A program made the position numbers and the translations under genes. A DNA stretch of 64,000 nt from contig OY968762.1 of NCBI GenBank assembly GCA_963695225.1, forward strand, positions 2,208,001-2,272,000, read 5' to 3'. Numbering within the stretch: the stretch's first letter is position 1; every line of letters starts with the position of its first letter. Source of the stretch: Vulcanimicrobiota bacterium (lineage in GTDB: Bacteria; Vulcanimicrobiota; Vulcanimicrobiia; Vulcanimicrobiales; Vulcanimicrobiaceae). The notes under the pieces are model-generated. The model was not told the DNA's origin. It did not search any database and saw only the letters and a program-made list of their open reading frames with translations. Shown in pieces: positions 40,851 through 50,185 of this stretch.

Positions 40851-41393
40851 TCAGACTTTGTGCTTGTCGAATGCGCCCTTGGTGAAGGGGCGTTGGAACC
40901 AGGGGAACGAGTTCTTTATTGCGCCGTCGAGCTGTTCGTTTGGTTGCGTGATCGCTGCTGCGAGTGCGGAGCGGTGCAGGTCGGCGCGGAAATCGCGGCT
41001 GAGCGGAAACCAGAGCGCGACGTAGAGCACGACCCAGACGAAGACGAGCGATTTTCCGAGGCCGACGACGGCTCCGAGCGCGCCGTTCACCGTGCCGAGG
41101 ACGGGGAGCTTCGCGGCGCGTTCGAGCACGAAGCCGATCGCGAACACGCAGATGTACGCGATCGCGCCGGCGAGCAGGAGGGCGACGATGTGCGAGGAGC
41201 CGTTGCCGAGGTGCGTGACGCTCTCGACTTGCGCGTCCCAGATGCCGGGGTAGTAGAATGCCGCGAGGAGTGCGGCGAAGAGCGCGACCGCGCCCGTCAA
41301 CTCGGAGATGAAGCCGCGGCGCCAGCCGGTGAATGCAGAGAAGGCGAGGATCGTCCCGATCGCGAGATCGGGCCACGCGATGCCGAAGATCAT
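40851..41393 (-). CDS. CvpA family membrane protein
   Basis: GWRRGFISE, TM segments, NGALGAVVG; overlaps pheT stop. Confidence 0.8.
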   Translation of the reverse strand: MIFGIAWPDLAIGTILAFSAFTGWRRGFISELTGAVALFAALLAAFYYPGIWDAQVESVTHLGNGSSHIVALLLAGAIAYICVFAIGFVLERAAKLPVLGTVNGALGAVVGLGKSLVFVWVVLYVALWFPLSRDFRADLHRSALAAAITQPNEQLDGAIKNSFPWFQRPFTKGAFDKHKV

Positions 41394-43777
41394 CCGCGCA
41401 GTTGGGCGCCGCAACGCTCGCGCAGCGCCGCGACGATCGTTGCGATGTGCGCATCCGCTTCGGCATCGGTGAGCGTGGCGGCGTCGCGCTGGAGGAGCAG
41501 GTGGAGCGCGAGGCTCTTGCTCCCGGCGGCGACTTGCGCGCCGCGGTATTCGTCGAAGACCCGCACGCTGCGCAGCACGCCGTCGCCGCTCGCGCGCGCG
41601 GCGGCCTCGACGCTCGCCGCGGTGACAGCGGCCGGGACGACGATCGCGAGATCGCGCGCGACGCTCGGGAAGCGGGAGGGGGCGCGGTACCGCTGCACGT
41701 GCGGCGCGGGGATGTCGGCCGTTCGCGCGAGCCCGACGTAGACGCTCGAGACCAGCTCGTAGGCGGCGGCGAGACGCGGATCGAGGGCGCCGAAGAGCGC
41801 GACGTTCTTCCCGTCGATGCGCACGGCGGCGCTCTTTCCCGGATGCAAACCCGCTGCGGGAGCGCCCACGACGTCGCCGTCGAGGCCGGTCAGGCCTCGG
41901 ATGAACGCGAGCGTCTCGCCCTTGAAGCGCAGGAATCCGGTATCGCGCCAACTCGGCTCTTCGGTGCGCGGGATCGAGAGAAGCCACGCGACCATCGGTG
42001 TCTCGAGCGGGACGGGGCCTTCCTCGAAGACGTGCCCGACCGTGAAGTAGCGCAGTGCTCGTTCCGATTCGTAGCGGGCGGCGAGCGCGAGCAGCGCGGG
42101 GAGGAGCGAGAAGCGCAGATAGCGCTGATCCTCCGAGAGCGGATTCTGCAATTCGACGAGCGGCGGGACGGGATATCCGGCGGCCTCGAAGCGCGAAGCG
42201 ACCGCCCTGCCGTGGAGCGCGAACGGAATCGCTTCGCGGTAGCCGGACCGGCGGAGTTCGTGCGCGACGTTCCGGTCGCGATCGTACTCCGCGCTCTCTA
42301 TGCCTTGATCCAGGACCGGCGGCGCGACGGCTTCGATCTTATCGTAGCCGACGATGCGGCCGATCTCTTCGATCACGTCGACGGGAATCGAGACGTCGGT
42401 TCGCCAGTAGGGCGCGGTGACGTCGTAGCGGAGCGCATGTTCCGTCGTATCGACGCGGACCTCGAAGCCGAGCGAGCGGAGCGCGCGTTCGACGGCGAGC
42501 GGCTTCGGCGCGAAGCCGAGAACTTGCGCGATACGGCGCGCTTCGACCAAGATCGGTGCGTGTGCGGGCGGTGCGGCGCCCGCCGTCACGGGCGCGTGAA
42601 CGCGCGCGCCTTCGGCCGCGAGCAAGTGCGCGGCGCGTGCCGCAGCCGCATCGGCCAGGCCGACGGCGAGATGCTTTTCGTGCCGGCTCGAGGCCTCGCT
42701 GCGCAACGCCGTCGCGAGGCCGGCGCGGCGGATGCGCGGGCCGTGAAACTTCGCGCTCTCCACGACGAGCTCGCGCGTCGTCTCGGTGACTTCGCTCGCC
42801 GCGGCGCCCATCAGGCCGGCGATGCACTGCGGTTCGCGTTCGTCGGCGATCACCAAGATCGAGGGCGTCAGGTCGCGCAGCTCGCCGTCGAGCGTCCGAA
42901 CGGTTTCACCCGGATGAGCGCTGCGCGCGATCAGGTGATGCCCTGCGAGCTTGTCGTAATCGTAGAAGTGTTGCGGCTGCCCGAGTTCGAGCATCACGAA
43001 GTTCGAGATGTCGACGAGGTTGCTGATCGGGCGCTGCCCCGCGAGCGCGAGGCGCACGCGCATCCAAGCGGGCGCGGGGCGCACGTGCACGTTCGAGAAA
43101 CGCTGCGCGACGAAGCGACGGCAATCGGGGCTTTCGAGCGTGACGCGGATATCGGGGGCGGCGTCGCTCTCGGCGATCGTCACGGCCGTTTGCGGTTCGC
43201 GCACCGGCAGATCGAACGCCGCTCCGAGCTCGCGCGCGATGCCCAGGACGCACATCGCGTCGGCCCGGTTCGAACCGATCTCGACTTCGACGACGGGCTC
43301 CGAGAGACGGTAGAGCGCGACGACGTCGGTCCCGAGCGGAACGTCCGCTTCGAGTTGCATGATCCCGTTTTCGAACCACTCGCCGGGAAGACCGAGCTCT
43401 TCTGCGGAGCAGAGCATCCCTTGCGATTCGAGCCCGCGCATCTTGCGCGGCGCGATCGCGAGCGGCGCTCCGCCTTCCCCCGCGAGCTGCGCGCCGATCT
43501 TAGCGACCGGGACGACTTGCCCGGCGGCGACGTTCGTTGCGGCGGTCGCGATCGTCAACGTCTCCGGCGCGCCGACGTCGAGCGTGCAAACCAAGAGGCG
43601 GTCCGCGTTCGGGTGCTTTTCGCACGAGACGATCCGGCCGGCTACGACGCCGTGCAGGACGGGGCGCGTTTCGACGGATTCGACGGGGAAGCCGAGCAAC
43701 GCCAACTTCTCAACGAGCGCGGCGACCGGCACGTCGAGAGCGAGATAGTCGTGGAGCCACGCGAGCGGCAATCTCAT
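41390..43777 (-). CDS. pheT: Phenylalanine--tRNA ligase beta subunit
   Basis: HPNADRL, SQGMLCS, NRADAM, GQPQHFYD, NPLSEDQ, HPGKSA, SRFPSVARDLA. Confidence 0.97.
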   Translation of the reverse strand: MRLPLAWLHDYLALDVPVAALVEKLALLGFPVESVETRPVLHGVVAGRIVSCEKHPNADRLLVCTLDVGAPETLTIATAATNVAAGQVVPVAKIGAQLAGEGGAPLAIAPRKMRGLESQGMLCSAEELGLPGEWFENGIMQLEADVPLGTDVVALYRLSEPVVEVEIGSNRADAMCVLGIARELGAAFDLPVREPQTAVTIAESDAAPDIRVTLESPDCRRFVAQRFSNVHVRPAPAWMRVRLALAGQRPISNLVDISNFVMLELGQPQHFYDYDKLAGHHLIARSAHPGETVRTLDGELRDLTPSILVIADEREPQCIAGLMGAAASEVTETTRELVVESAKFHGPRIRRAGLATALRSEASSRHEKHLAVGLADAAAARAAHLLAAEGARVHAPVTAGAAPPAHAPILVEARRIAQVLGFAPKPLAVERALRSLGFEVRVDTTEHALRYDVTAPYWRTDVSIPVDVIEEIGRIVGYDKIEAVAPPVLDQGIESAEYDRDRNVAHELRRSGYREAIPFALHGRAVASRFEAAGYPVPPLVELQNPLSEDQRYLRFSLLPALLALAARYESERALRYFTVGHVFEEGPVPLETPMVAWLLSIPRTEEPSWRDTGFLRFKGETLAFIRGLTGLDGDVVGAPAAGLHPGKSAAVRIDGKNVALFGALDPRLAAAYELVSSVYVGLARTADIPAPHVQRYRAPSRFPSVARDLAIVVPAAVTAASVEAAARASGDGVLRSVRVFDEYRGAQVAAGSKSLALHLLLQRDAATLTDAEADAHIATIVAALRERCGAQLRG

Positions 43778-44820
43778 GCGAGCTGCTCCAAGAACGCGGG
43801 ATCGTTGTCATAGAAGACGCGGATGTCGTCGATCTCGTGGCGGACCATCGCGATCCGCTCGAGCCCGACGCCGAACGCCCAGCCGCTGACTTCTTCGGGA
43901 TCGTACCCGACGTTGCGGAGCACGTTCGGGTGGACCATCCCGGCGCCGCCGATCTCGATCCAACCCGAACCGCCGCACGTGCGGCAGCCGCCCCCGCCGC
44001 AACCGGGGCACGTCGTGTCGATCTCGGCGCTCGGTTCGGTGAACGGAAAGAACGACGGCCGGAAACGGACTTGCTGCGCGGGCCCGAACAGCTCGCGGCA
44101 CATACCGACGAGAACGCCCTTCAGATGCCCCATGTGGATCCCTGGGGCGACGAGCAGGCCTTCCATTTGATGGAACATGTAGGAATGGCGCGCGTCGACG
44201 GCGTCCCGCCGGTAGACGGTGCCGGGGACGACGATCGCGATCGGCGCCGGATTCTCGCGCATCGCGCGAATCTGCATCGGGGAGGTATGCGGACGCAGCA
44301 ACAGATCCGGCCGCAAGTACATCGAATCGAAGCCTTCGCGCGCCGGGTGGTCTGCCGGGATGTTCAGCGCATCGAAGGAGTGTTCGTCCGTCTCGATCTC
44401 GGGGCCCAAAAGCACGGCGAAGCCGCGTCGCTCGAAATAGCGGACCGCATCCTCGAGCGTGCGGCGCAGCGGGTGCAACGATCCCACGACCGGCTCGATC
44501 CCCGGGAACGTCACGTCGATTGCGGTCTCGAGCTCGGCTGCGATCGCCTCCATGCGCAAGCGCTCGGCGCCCGCGGCCAGATCCGCTTCCAGGACCGCGA
44601 CGGCCTCGTTGATCACTTTGCCTGCACCCGGGCGCTCCGCGTTCGGCAACGTGCCGATGCTGCGGCGGATCGCCGTGATCTCGCCGCTACGGCCGAGGTA
44701 GGCGACGCGGACCGCTTCGAGTTCGGCGTCCGAGTGGACGGTTGCGAGTGCGGCGCGCATCCGGCCGGCTAACGCATCGAGCCGGTCTTGTATAGACGAG
44801 GGTTGATCGCTGATCGGCAT
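43774..44820 (-). CDS. pheS: Phenylalanine--tRNA ligase alpha subunit
   Basis: GSLHP, FDALNIPADHPAR, HTSPMQ, FHQMEG, FFPFTEPS, GAGMVHP, FGVGLER. Confidence 0.97.
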   Translation of the reverse strand: MPISDQPSSIQDRLDALAGRMRAALATVHSDAELEAVRVAYLGRSGEITAIRRSIGTLPNAERPGAGKVINEAVAVLEADLAAGAERLRMEAIAAELETAIDVTFPGIEPVVGSLHPLRRTLEDAVRYFERRGFAVLLGPEIETDEHSFDALNIPADHPAREGFDSMYLRPDLLLRPHTSPMQIRAMRENPAPIAIVVPGTVYRRDAVDARHSYMFHQMEGLLVAPGIHMGHLKGVLVGMCRELFGPAQQVRFRPSFFPFTEPSAEIDTTCPGCGGGGCRTCGGSGWIEIGGAGMVHPNVLRNVGYDPEEVSGWAFGVGLERIAMVRHEIDDIRVFYDNDPAFLEQLA

Positions 44821-44845
44821 GACTTTCTTTGAAGTGTCGTTACGT

Positions 44846-44880
44846 AAAGCGAGCGCCCGACCTTCCGGCCGGGCGCTCGC
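44846..44880 (-). terminator. Strong hairpin / possible attenuator terminator upstream of pheS
   Basis: GCGAGCGCCCGGCC-GGAA-GGTCGGGCGCTCGC then TTT on minus strand (short U-tract). Confidence 0.65.
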
Positions 44881-44912
44881 GAACCTAGTTTCGGCGTTTC
44901 GCCGTCAGCTCG

Positions 44913-45002
44913 TCACATGCCGTGCAACTGGCGGTAGAGCAAGTAGGCACTAATCGATCCTGTGCTCGTGAACAGTTTCCAGAAGAAGTCGGTCGTGCGC
45001 AT
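44913..45002 (-). CDS. YqzL-like 29-aa small protein / candidate pheS leader peptide (MRTTDFFWKLFTSTGSISAYLLYRQLHGM)
   Basis: Read manually, absent from ORF track; FWKLFxxTGxIxAYLLY resembles YqzL family; extended -10 TGcTATACT at 45066-45074. Confidence 0.72.
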   Translation of the reverse strand: MRTTDFFWKLFTSTGSISAYLLYRQLHGM

Positions 45003-45105
45003 GCGGTGCGAGTACCCGTCTTTCTTTGCGTATTTCACGGCGACGCGACGTCGCAGAACGGGCCAAGTATAGCACAGGGCCATTTAGCCGCCAAGTCTTG
45101 ACAAA

Positions 45106-45894
45106 TCAGGGGTTTGCGCTGCCCGCATCCGTCGCGAATGCATAGAAAACGATGCTACCTGCGACCGCCGCATTGAGGCTCTCGCCGGACCCGATCTGCG
45201 GGATCGAGACCGTATCGTGCCAGCCGTCCAGCCCCTCGCGAACTCCGCGCCGTTCGTTCCCGATCGCCAGAATGGAGCGCTTGGCGAAGCGATAGGACTG
45301 GAGCGGAACCCCGGTCGAGGCGGTCGCGACGACGCGATAGCCGGCGTCGCGAGCCCGGACGAAAAGCCCTTCCCGTTCGGCCACGGCGATGGGGTGCCGG
45401 AAAATCGCACCCATGGAGCCGCGCACGACTTTAGGGTTATGCGGCTCGACCGTGGGCCCGGCGAAGATCGTCCCACCCAGCCCGAAGATCTCGGCCGACC
45501 GCAGTAGCGTTCCGGCATTCCCGGGGTCGGCGACGCCTGAAAGCAAGGCGAGCGATTTCCCGCCGGCAAGCAGTTCTTCGAGCGGCGTCGGCCGGATCGC
45601 GAAGACGGCGATCAGGCCGTGGGGCGTTGCGACGTCGGAGAGCCGGTCGAACGCCCGTTCCGGGATCGCATAGATCGGGCAGTCCGGCGTGCCGCCCCCG
45701 CTCTCGAGTTCCCGCGCGGCCTCCTCCGTTGCGTAGATCGCCTCCGGAACGAGCCCGCTGCGGAGCGCTTCGGCGAGCATCGTCGGCCCCTCGACGGCGA
45801 ACCGGCCCTGCTCGCGGCGTCCGGCCTTCGAACGAAGCGCGCGCACGGCATCCAGCTTCGGAGAGTGGGCGCCCAGGGGAATCGCGATGCTCAT
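45106..45894 (-). CDS. TrmH/SpoU family RNA methyltransferase
   Basis: VEG, DPGNAGTLLRSA, IGNERRG, ESLNAAVA. Confidence 0.9.
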   Translation of the reverse strand: MSIAIPLGAHSPKLDAVRALRSKAGRREQGRFAVEGPTMLAEALRSGLVPEAIYATEEAARELESGGGTPDCPIYAIPERAFDRLSDVATPHGLIAVFAIRPTPLEELLAGGKSLALLSGVADPGNAGTLLRSAEIFGLGGTIFAGPTVEPHNPKVVRGSMGAIFRHPIAVAEREGLFVRARDAGYRVVATASTGVPLQSYRFAKRSILAIGNERRGVREGLDGWHDTVSIPQIGSGESLNAAVAGSIVFYAFATDAGSANP

Positions 45895-45988
45895 CGCCCC
45901 TGCATTTGCCCCACCGCCCCGCGCGCGCCTGCGTTGTGGAGCGGCGAAGACGGAGGAGATTCCCGCGCGCCGGTTGACTCGTACCGGG

Positions 45989-46339
45989 ATGTCTCCACGG
46001 GTCGGCCGCACGGTCGAAATCGTCTCGGTCGTAGCTATCGGGATCGGCGTCCTTTTCGGCGGCCGCATGTTGCTGGTCAACCTTTCGCACATCGCGCATT
46101 ACGCGATCCCGGTGCTGATCGTGCTGGGCCTCCTGCAAGCCGGGGCTTTGCGGCGCAACGCCGCGATCGACCGTCCCGGGCGCCCGCTCATCGCCACCCG
46201 GGACGTCGCCTTCATCGCGGCAATCCTGCTCTCGATCGCCTTCGTCGCCTACCCCGCCCGCTGGTCGATCGGCGCGGCGATCGTCGCGGTCGAAGTGGGC
46301 CTCTTGCTCGAGCTCTTCGGACAATTCTCAACGACATGA
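45989..46339 (+). CDS. Hypothetical membrane protein
   Basis: Four hydrophobic segments; stop overlaps NUDIX start (ATGA). Confidence 0.65.
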   Translation: MSPRVGRTVEIVSVVAIGIGVLFGGRMLLVNLSHIAHYAIPVLIVLGLLQAGALRRNAAIDRPGRPLIATRDVAFIAAILLSIAFVAYPARWSIGAAIVAVEVGLLLELFGQFSTT

Positions 46340-46857
46340 AGCCGCACTCTCAGCAACGCATCTACGCAGGCCGCGTCCTCAACCTGCGCGTCGACGAGAT
46401 CGACACGCCCGCCGGCGGCACGCGCGCCTACGAGGTCATCGAACACGCCGGAGGCGCCGTCGTGATCGCGCAACCCACGCCCGGCGAGATCGTCCTCGTG
46501 CGCCAGCACCGCCACGCCGTCGATGCCGATCTCTGGGAGGTTCCCGCCGGCATGATCGAACGCGGCGAACCCCCGATCGTCACCGCCGAGCGCGAGCTGA
46601 TCGAAGAGACCGGTTACCGCGCCGCGCACCTGCGCTTCCTCTGGTCGATCTATCCGACGCCGGGCTTCTGCCAGGAGCGCATCTACTTCTTCGTCGCCGA
46701 GGGCCTGACGCCGGGCAAGGCCGCCCCCGAAGCCGACGAAGAATTCGAAGTGCGAACGTGGCGTCTCGAAGAAGCCTGGGCGCTCGTGGAACGCGACGAA
46801 CTTCGCGACGCAAAGACGCAAGTGGCGTTGGCTTGGGCGCTGCTTAAGCTTCGATAG
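46336..46857 (+). CDS. NUDIX hydrolase, ADP-ribose pyrophosphatase-like
   Basis: Nudix box PAGMIERGEPPIVTAERELIEETG, TPGFCQE, DAKT. Confidence 0.9.
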   Translation: MKPHSQQRIYAGRVLNLRVDEIDTPAGGTRAYEVIEHAGGAVVIAQPTPGEIVLVRQHRHAVDADLWEVPAGMIERGEPPIVTAERELIEETGYRAAHLRFLWSIYPTPGFCQERIYFFVAEGLTPGKAAPEADEEFEVRTWRLEEAWALVERDELRDAKTQVALAWALLKLR

Positions 46858-46860
46858 GCC

Positions 46861-47108
46861 CCGCATCGGGCGGGAGCCGGGTCACCCTCGCGGGGACGCG
46901 CCGGTTTTTCCATCCTGGAAAAACCGGCGCTCGACACTGCACTGGCGCTCCGCCATCCGTGGCTCCGCTGGTGCAGGCGCCCCGCGAGGATGACCCGGCT
47001 CCCGCCCGATGCGGACTTTCCGCGTGCGGCGCCGTCTATGGCGTTGCGCGGCGGCGGCGAGGAAGACCCGGCTCCCGCCCGATGCGGACTTTTCGCGTGC
47101 GGCGCCGT
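46861..47108. repeat. Composite palindromic repeat (REP/BIME- or MITE-like)
   Basis: 35-bp inverted arms 46861-46895/46980-47014 (1 mismatch), inner 15-bp perfect hairpin 46898-46930, 52-bp direct repeats 46984-47035/47057-47108 (2 mismatches). Confidence 0.85.
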
Positions 47109-47155
47109 GGGAGGCGCCTCGGCTCCCCGTCCATGGGGGGCGGCGGAACGCTAGC

Positions 47156-48043
47156 TCAGCGAGCTCGGTAGGTTGCGAATTGTTGCGGGTCTCGGGCGAG
47201 GCGTTCGATCATGTCGCGGGTCGGGATCTTGACGTTGCGGGCGATGCGCGCCGCTTTGAGCATCTTGATCGTGAACCAGGTCAAGTCGAACTCGTACCAG
47301 CGCATGCCGTGGCGCGCGGAGAACGGGAACGCATGGTGATTGTTGTGCCAGCCTTCGCCGAATGCGAGGAGCGCGACCCACCAGCAGTTCGTCGAGCGGT
47401 CGCCGGTTTTGAAGCTCTGGTAGCCGGCTTGGTGCGCCGCGCTGTTCACGAGCCAGGTGCAGTGGTAGAGCACGACGAGCCGCACGAAGACGCCCCAGAT
47501 GACGAACGGCCAGCCGCCGATCGAGAAGAGCAGCAGGCCGAGCGCGAACTGGATCGGGATCGGATAGCGGTCGAGGAAGCGGTAGAACGGGTCCTTCATG
47601 AGATCGGGGGCCCAGCGGCCGTACTCGTGAGGCTCGAGGCGGTCCTTGCTCGTGCGATAGAGCCATTCGACGTGCGCCCAACCCATGCCGCGGTGCGAAT
47701 CGTGAGGGTCGCCGTCGGCGTCCGTGAACGCGTGATGCTTGCGGTGGGTGGCGACCCAGTCGATCGGTCCGCCCTGGACGGCGAGCGTGCCGAAGAGCGC
47801 GAGCGCGTATTCGACGGGGCGGGGGACGGAGAAGCCGCGGTGCGTCAGCAGGCGATGGAAGCCGAGCGTGATGCCGAGCCCGCCGGCGATCCAGAAGAGC
47901 AGGTAGCCGACTGCGACCGCCCGCCACGAAAAGAACGCCGGCAGCAGTGCTGCCAGCGCTCCGAGGTGGATGAAGGCCAGGCCGATTCCGGTTGCGTAAT
48001 CGCGGGTTGCCGGCTTGGCGGCCGGCGCGGGTTGGGTGACCAT
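47156..48043 (-). CDS. Delta-9-type fatty acid (acyl-lipid/CoA) desaturase
   Basis: His boxes HRLLTH, HRKHH, GEGWHNNHH. Confidence 0.92.
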   Translation of the reverse strand: MVTQPAPAAKPATRDYATGIGLAFIHLGALAALLPAFFSWRAVAVGYLLFWIAGGLGITLGFHRLLTHRGFSVPRPVEYALALFGTLAVQGGPIDWVATHRKHHAFTDADGDPHDSHRGMGWAHVEWLYRTSKDRLEPHEYGRWAPDLMKDPFYRFLDRYPIPIQFALGLLLFSIGGWPFVIWGVFVRLVVLYHCTWLVNSAAHQAGYQSFKTGDRSTNCWWVALLAFGEGWHNNHHAFPFSARHGMRWYEFDLTWFTIKMLKAARIARNVKIPTRDMIERLARDPQQFATYRAR

Positions 48044-48117
48044 ACAGAACTCTTTCCGTGTCGGCGACGGTGTCTGGTACGGCTTCCCACCCCGGGGGTT
48101 GGAGGGCCCGAACCGAG

Positions 48118-48495
48118 TTAAGCCGCGGGCGTGGCCCGCGACTCCAACTCCTTCTTCGCCACGGCTAACAAAGCCTCGAAGGCCGCCTCATCGCGGACCG
48201 CTAGGTCGGCTAACGCCTTGCGGTTCAGCGAGACGCCGCTCTTCTTGAGCCCGTCGATGAACCGCGAATAGGAGAGGCCCTCGCGCCGGACGGCCGCGTT
48301 GATGCGGCTGATCCAGAGCGCGCGGAAATCCCGCTTGCGGACGCGCCGGTCGCGAAACGCGTACGAGAGCGAATGGAGCAGGGCTTCGTTCGCGACGCGA
48401 TAGTTGCGCCGCCGCGCCGCGCGGAAGCCCTTGACGAGCTTCATGACCTTGCGGCGATGTTTGATCTTGTTGAGACCGCGCTTGATGCGTGCCAC
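48118..48495 (-). CDS. rplT: 50S ribosomal protein L20
   Basis: [36 protein letters not shown]. Confidence 0.97.
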   Translation of the reverse strand: MARIKRGLNKIKHRRKVMKLVKGFRAARRRNYRVANEALLHSLSYAFRDRRVRKRDFRALWISRINAAVRREGLSYSRFIDGLKKSGVSLNRKALADLAVRDEAAFEALLAVAKKELESRATPAA

Positions 48496-48507
48496 CGAAG
48501 AAACCTC

Positions 48508-48714
48508 CTACAGAAGATAGGGGATCTGCGGCGCAAAGCGCTTCAGATCGCCGGAAAAGACGGGCTGGTCCTTACGGAAGTTCCGTTTGCGCTTGCGCGT
48601 CTTCTTGCTGAGGATGTGACCGCAGCCGCTGAACTGGTGGCGATGGGTGACCTTGCCGTTGGCACTCACCTTCACGCGTTTCGCGGTGCCGCGATGCGTT
48701 CTGATCTTAGGCAT
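48508..48714 (-). CDS. rpmI: 50S ribosomal protein L35
   Basis: MPKIRTHRGTAKR...HILSKK. Confidence 0.95.
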   Translation of the reverse strand: MPKIRTHRGTAKRVKVSANGKVTHRHQFSGCGHILSKKTRKRKRNFRKDQPVFSGDLKRFAPQIPYLL

Positions 48715-49306
48715 TCGGGGTGGCTCCTTGGGGATTCGGGACAGCCTCGGCCGGGGCCGCGGGCTGTTGTGAGGTGAACTTCGGGGGGCCGGTGGGAACT
48801 GCGCGCGGGGCGAGAATCATGAACATGTTCTTGCCTTCGAGCTTGGCATCTCGCTCGATCGTGGCGATCGGCGCCATGTCGACCGCCATACGGTCGAGCA
48901 AGCGCTTTCCGAAACTCGTGTAGGTGATCTCGCGCCCGCGGAACATGATCGTGACCTTCACTTTTCCGCCGTCGAGGAGGAGACGCTCGGCCATTCGCGC
49001 CTTGACCTCGTAATCGTGGGCCTCGATCTTGGGGCGAAGCTTAACTTCCCGCAACTCCCAGTTCTTCTGTTTCTTCCGCGCGTCTTTGTCTTTCTTCGCC
49101 TGCTCGTATTTGAGTCGGCCGTAGTCGCCGATCCGGCAGACCGGCGGAACCGCCGTCGGGGAAACCTCGATCAGATCGAGACCCTTCTGCCGGGACAGCA
49201 CCAACGCGTTTTCGGTCGGCATCACCCCGAGTTGCGTGCCCTCGTCGTCGATGACGCGCACTTGGCGGATGCGAATTTGGTCGTTGACTCTGAGCGGTCG
49301 TGCTAT
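48707..49306 (-). CDS. infC: Translation initiation factor IF-3 (non-canonical ATA start)
   Basis: AAGGAG RBS then ATA-GCA-CGA-CCG (IARPLRVNDQIR), PPVCRI, LRPKI..HD, MFRGRE. Confidence 0.95.
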   Translation of the reverse strand: MARPLRVNDQIRIRQVRVIDDEGTQLGVMPTENALVLSRQKGLDLIEVSPTAVPPVCRIGDYGRLKYEQAKKDKDARKKQKNWELREVKLRPKIEAHDYEVKARMAERLLLDGGKVKVTIMFRGREITYTSFGKRLLDRMAVDMAPIATIERDAKLEGKNMFMILAPRAVPTGPPKFTSQQPAAPAEAVPNPQGATPNA

Positions 49307-49366
49307 GAGTTCGTTCTCCTTTGAACTGGGCGGATTCCGTGAAGGTGCGCGGGAAAAGCTAAAGGC

Positions 49367-49482
49367 AAAAAAAAGTGGCGACGCCGAAGCATCCCCACGA
49401 GCGAGACCTACCGTCGGCCTCTCTTGTCAGGACCGGATCGCCCGAGGGCATCCGGTGAGGGGGGCGGGGCCTCCCTACTTCG
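49367..49482 (-). promoter_or_regulatory. Ribosomal protein L20 leader RNA with terminator
   Basis: AAGTAGGGAGGCCCCGCCCCCCTCACC 5' motif, hairpins, GTGG...TTCG...CCAC stem plus T8, upstream of infC. Confidence 0.75.
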
Positions 49483-49490
49483 GCTCACGG

Positions 49491-49520
49491 ATCATAACAG
49501 GAAGGGGCGAGTGAGGTCAA
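49491..49520 (-). promoter_or_regulatory. Sigma70-type promoter of infC operon
   Basis: TTGACC-N18-TATGAT with TG extension. Confidence 0.7.
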
Positions 49521-49581
49521 ATCGCCGCCTGAACCCGGGGCCCGGAGAGACTTCTGAACGCTCGTGTGAGAAGGTAACTGC

Positions 49582-50034
49582 ATGGAACCCGTCTTTCAAC
49601 GCATCGTAGTTCCGTTTGACGGTTCGCCGCCGTCGGAGCGCGCGCTCGACCTAGCCTGCCGCCTGGCGGCATCGACCTCGGGCAGCTTGCTCGTGATGAC
49701 CGTTTTCGAGCGGGACAAACTTGCCGCCGAATGCGCGACGAGCGGCATGGGCCTCGAACTCGCCTCGATTTTGGACAACGCGCGCAAAGCCTCGGACGAC
49801 GTCGTCGCTCGCGGCGCGGCGCACTGCGGCTCCGTTCCCGTTCGGACGCGGGTTGTCGAGGGGCCGATCGTCGACGGCGTCCTCGCGGCTGCGAGCGAGT
49901 GGAACGCCGATTTGATCGTGATGGGTTCGCACGGCCGGTCCGGCATCGCGCGGCTCGTCCTGGGAAGCGTCACGGAAGGCGTCTTGCGCCGCGCGCCGGT
50001 TCCGGTGCTCGCCGTGCGCTGCCCGTCGGCGTAA
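49582..50034 (+). CDS. Universal stress protein
   Basis: IVVPFDGS, DLIVMGSHGRSG..LGSVTEGVLR. Confidence 0.93.
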   Translation: MEPVFQRIVVPFDGSPPSERALDLACRLAASTSGSLLVMTVFERDKLAAECATSGMGLELASILDNARKASDDVVARGAAHCGSVPVRTRVVEGPIVDGVLAAASEWNADLIVMGSHGRSGIARLVLGSVTEGVLRRAPVPVLAVRCPSA

Positions 50035-50185
50035 CTACGACGTAGCGCTCCTCCCAACGATTGCAAGAAGGCTGCGACATTCGTCGGAGTCTTCTTTGCG
50101 TGCCGGCGCGTGTTGTCCAGATCGTTAGGAAATTGGAAATATTTCTGAAGGCGCACCTAGGAAGACCGTAAAAGGAGGCGAGGTT

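Noticed and set aside
44880..44912. T-box riboswitch upstream of pheS
   Set aside because: AACTAGG is reminiscent of a T-box, but the essential TGGNACC bulge is missing and no stem I specifier was recognised
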